Shown here: one piece after another, positions 26,101 to 27,779 of the stretch
Layout of the letters: each line of letters opens with the position of its first letter
Numbering within the stretch: position 1 is the first letter of the stretch
Virus record (IMG/VR): IMGVR_UViG_3300020365_000101
Coordinates: 1 to 27,779 of that record
Source of the DNA: a virus
Lineage: Duplodnaviria; Caudoviricetes
Direction: 5' to 3' (one strand)
Length of the DNA stretch: 27,779 nucleotides
Position numbers and translations under genes: made by a program
The notes under the pieces: model-generated
Database searches by the model: none
Told to the model about the DNA's origin: nothing
The model's input: the letters and a program-made list of their open reading frames with translations, nothing else

Positions 26101-27779
26101 TTTACAGAGGCTCAACTAAAAATTTTAGACGAACAGTTTGTTAAGTTTGCTACATATGAAACGGACACCCGCTCGTCTACTCAACCGTGGTTTGAGTATG
26201 CTGCACGCCGTGGTCTTGTAGAAAGAATTGCTAATCCTGACCCAAAGAAAGGTATAAAGATTACAGGTGCGCCGTACGAGAAGATGAGCAAGGCAGCAGC
26301 CAAGGCTGCTAACGTATCTCCGGCTCGCAGTGAAGACACCACAGACCTTAACGAAGCAGCGGCAGCGGCTGATGGCAAAGTTACTGGCGGCGGTAGGTAC
26401 TTCAAGATCGACGACAACACTGAGATCACACAGCCTCTGGATAAGCTGCGTGTAACTGCTATCGCAAAGAACGCTATCCGTAAGCTAAAGACCAAGCCTA
26501 CTGTGACCGTGGTCAAAGACCAGAACGATCTGCGTGAGAACCACCCAGAGCTATTCAAACGGGCTATGGAGTCTCGTCCTGACGGCGACTTTGAGTTCAC
26601 ACCTGCTGGCGGTTTCTCTGTTGGCGATCAAGTCATTCTGTTCAGCGATAACATTAAGACTGAGAAGCAAGCTCGCTTCATCATTGCCCACGAAACTATG
26701 GGCCACTTTGGTCTGGGTGCTTTCTTAGGCAAACCGCAGCTAGAAACTGTGATGGATAACATCTATCAAGATGACTCTAGTGTACGAGTGAAAGCTGACC
26801 GCCGTATGGAAATGTACGGTGAAAGCAAAGCCGAAGCAGTTGAAGAAGTCATTGCCAATATGGCAGCTGACCTAGACGCACACCTCATCAAGCGGATCTG
26901 GTACGCCATCAAGGATGCTCTTGAGACTATGGGTATGGAGTTTGAGGATAGTCTTGCCAGGTATATGTTAAGACAATCACGCAGGAACTTGTTGCAGGGT
27001 GGTAGCGGCCTTGTAAGTATGCAAGAGCTTAGCAAAAACTTAGAAAGCCTAAGAACTGACAACACGTTGGGGCGGTTTAATGTTGTTGACGACACTGCAA
27101 ATGCCGCATCACGGGCGCTTTCGTCACATGCCTACACCAAGCGTGCAGGCGATACAGGCGGACTGAAAGGACTGGCGCAGACATTTAAGAAGATTAAAGA
27201 TGTAGAAAACATCCGCGACTTTAGTGTATGGCTTGGCTCACTAGCTGAAAACGTACAGTCACTAGACAATGCAGCCACCAGAAGTGACGGCCTACAGCAG
27301 GTGTTTAACATCTTCCAAGCTAGAGCCAACCGTTCACGCCGCCACCTTGCGACCTACGAGTCTATGACTTCGTACTCACACCAAGCGTTTAACGGGCCAA
27401 CGAAAGAAGAACTAGAAAAAGCTGGCGAGCTTCTTGCCCATGCTGCACTACACAAGCAGGACATGATTACTGATGAGCAGATTAGAGACTTGTCAGTAGA
27501 AGTAGGCACTGATCAGAACGGCGATCCGATTAGGGTAAGCGATCTCGTGGTTATGGAGAACGGTGTAGCTGGCATCAACCGTGAGCTGTTTGAAGCAGCA
27601 GTAGCGGCAGGGAATATTACACGCGAACAGTTTGCTCAGGGGCTTGCTGTTACTCTGGGCGACCAAGAGCAGAAAGTATTTGCAACCAAGACTTACACAC
27701 CAGCAGAAGCTATCACAGATAACGAGTGGCGCATCTACACCGAGCAACGCAAAGCAGTAAATCAAGCAGCACTGGATGT
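23173..27779 (+). CDS. Giant internal virion/ejection (polyvalent-like) protein, 3' truncated, with zincin-like metallopeptidase motif; missing from ORF track
   Basis: GAGGG RBS and ATG 23173 (MAKAGLKSFGSPTL...); frame open to the window end (1535 codons). G/A-rich membrane-like region with EGVTEAGQE, P/Q/E-rich linker, AHETMGHFGL (His codons 26689 and 26704) with EEVIA downstream (26842). Confidence 0.88.
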   Translation, partial: MAKAGLKSFGSPTLSAMDLEPLGNPYDVAPDIGMGNLLGRREALTNEADSVFNQAMSQFSMPEMKRPAPTGPNVLFDPSANKMFVNGSLFDLDDADAAVKSKGFLTGPRQEPPSGNWQRVTPAEYGRYYKSITDPTLSRRFSENVDIGMANLRSLFGAGAVLLGADEYGLGVMERADEVIRKKSPFAGEATDIGFGDEDLGPVEWFVGVLGAQGPMLLETIAAAGIGFVLGSATAGPGLGSAAGTVGGLFGKTAFKKAVKEAAEEYTKIKAKDGKAAAKAFLKTDKGKTLKRASGAAGAVGLSYTNNFGIASSDVYSELLESGVDVDDFNAKMTALTAAVPYAALDTIPEFVVGAKLFGGLRAGSKGGRLRRGATGVGVGGALEGVTEAGQEGIIMGATSAYTGREYESDEVLNRLVNSFAAGAAIGGTIGGVTNLKSNKEADLLQGTPTEQEETLLLEDKRDENEAIAGPDAPAGLLTGPPPRQLPAPPLMIEDSGTIFVGPEQTAIPMPPPAPPTPPQPVDNVVESIEQVAQQQPANPQEQPNLMQQRMQEAAARQREQEAQQQQQAQQAAQEAELRRQEDERIERNNREVENALALQQAQNEIAAYEAEQAGVTQPELPPVAAPVQTNLPTVPVPPAPPRQLDLFRGQVKAPKPSKAEQKAINKANRLRRKQEREFQKAQEEAALPMTPTEARAAGQGILLTQRGEPSVAALKAAGTVAPATPELVQTTPAEEVAVAQQQEINRLQQQVQELSAARAEESSSAAEYKTTKQEEFDVAVREMPAQLAMGQYWQNQWNDANSISDIDKVLADMKQVREEVTQNVQEQSTENVDGSEQARPSEAVRSGNTQERAAAAVVESEKRLREAEDSKAASRPAETEAAVREDSGQQGVQEDSVQGGTQLDPDSEQAIAEELTYQFDFQEALGELRGIAVSLLDYAYWAAAPSGTSNAADDYRAARATAKAYVDKAFTDPEYFTEAQLKILDEQFVKFATYETDTRSSTQPWFEYAARRGLVERIANPDPKKGIKITGAPYEKMSKAAAKAANVSPARSEDTTDLNEAAAAADGKVTGGGRYFKIDDNTEITQPLDKLRVTAIAKNAIRKLKTKPTVTVVKDQNDLRENHPELFKRAMESRPDGDFEFTPAGGFSVGDQVILFSDNIKTEKQARFIIAHETMGHFGLGAFLGKPQLETVMDNIYQDDSSVRVKADRRMEMYGESKAEAVEEVIANMAADLDAHLIKRIWYAIKDALETMGMEFEDSLARYMLRQSRRNLLQGGSGLVSMQELSKNLESLRTDNTLGRFNVVDDTANAASRALSSHAYTKRAGDTGGLKGLAQTFKKIKDVENIRDFSVWLGSLAENVQSLDNAATRSDGLQQVFNIFQARANRSRRHLATYESMTSYSHQAFNGPTKEELEKAGELLAHAALHKQDMITDEQIRDLSVEVGTDQNGDPIRVSDLVVMENGVAGINRELFEAAVAAGNITREQFAQGLAVTLGDQEQKVFATKTYTPAEAITDNEWRIYTEQRKAVNQAALD
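25628..25634 (+). promoter_or_regulatory. Intragenic perfect Shine-Dalgarno (AGGAGGT) for the nested ORF
   Basis: AGGAGGT, then an 8-nt A/C spacer (AACACAAA), then ATG at 25643. Confidence 0.7.
25643..25885 (+). CDS. Nested out-of-frame small basic protein (80 aa) inside the giant gene
   Basis: Perfect SD; +1 frame relative to the host ORF; MYKSKAQKTWMEANRPDLAKQFEAETPK..QLP resembles the small phage 'MPFKSxAQRxWMxANxPxxAKxWxxETP...LP' peptides (recalled, not searched). Confidence 0.72.
   Translation: MYKSKAQKTWMEANRPDLAKQFEAETPKNAQLPQSLSPRSASEKRRIARQLAALRKQKQPFGKIAVNKVYRKIAYKGELS

Noticed and set aside
23528-26728. Other alternate-frame + ORFs within the giant gene (23528, 24746, 25355, 26534)
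   Set aside because: Non-ATG starts without a good SD and no family-like motifs, unlike 25643-25885.
444-27765. All minus-strand ORFs in the track (e.g. 444-986, 1954-2403, 11424-11861, 23556-24044, 26181-26600)
   Set aside because: They are antisense shadows of well-supported + strand genes, with no recognisable motifs.
1-27779. Alternative genetic code
   Set aside because: TAA, TAG and TGA all end genes at sensible, coupled junctions, and coding density is near complete with the standard bacterial code.

Overview
All genes lie on the + strand of a densely packed virion-morphogenesis and lysis region from a short-tailed (podovirus-like) dsDNA phage, probably aquatic (inference). Gene order: end of portal, small conserved protein, scaffold, major capsid, decoration protein, terminator, four small Lys-rich proteins, two head-tail adaptor-like proteins, an acidic repeat fibre with a cupredoxin-like insert, a modular tail-fibre cassette with duplicated anchors and chaperones, membrane proteins with holin and GH108 endolysin, tail nozzle, GNAT-like protein, then ejection (internal virion) proteins. 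The ejection proteins include one with a lytic transglycosylase domain and a giant protein of more than 1535 aa that starts at 23173, runs off the window and is absent from the ORF track. The most striking observation is an 80-aa basic gene with a perfect Shine-Dalgarno site nested out of frame inside the giant gene. That giant protein also carries a QLDLF clamp-binding-like motif and an HExxGH zincin motif. No tRNA, rRNA, CRISPR array or mobile element was seen. Family assignments come from motif recognition and synteny, not from database searches.
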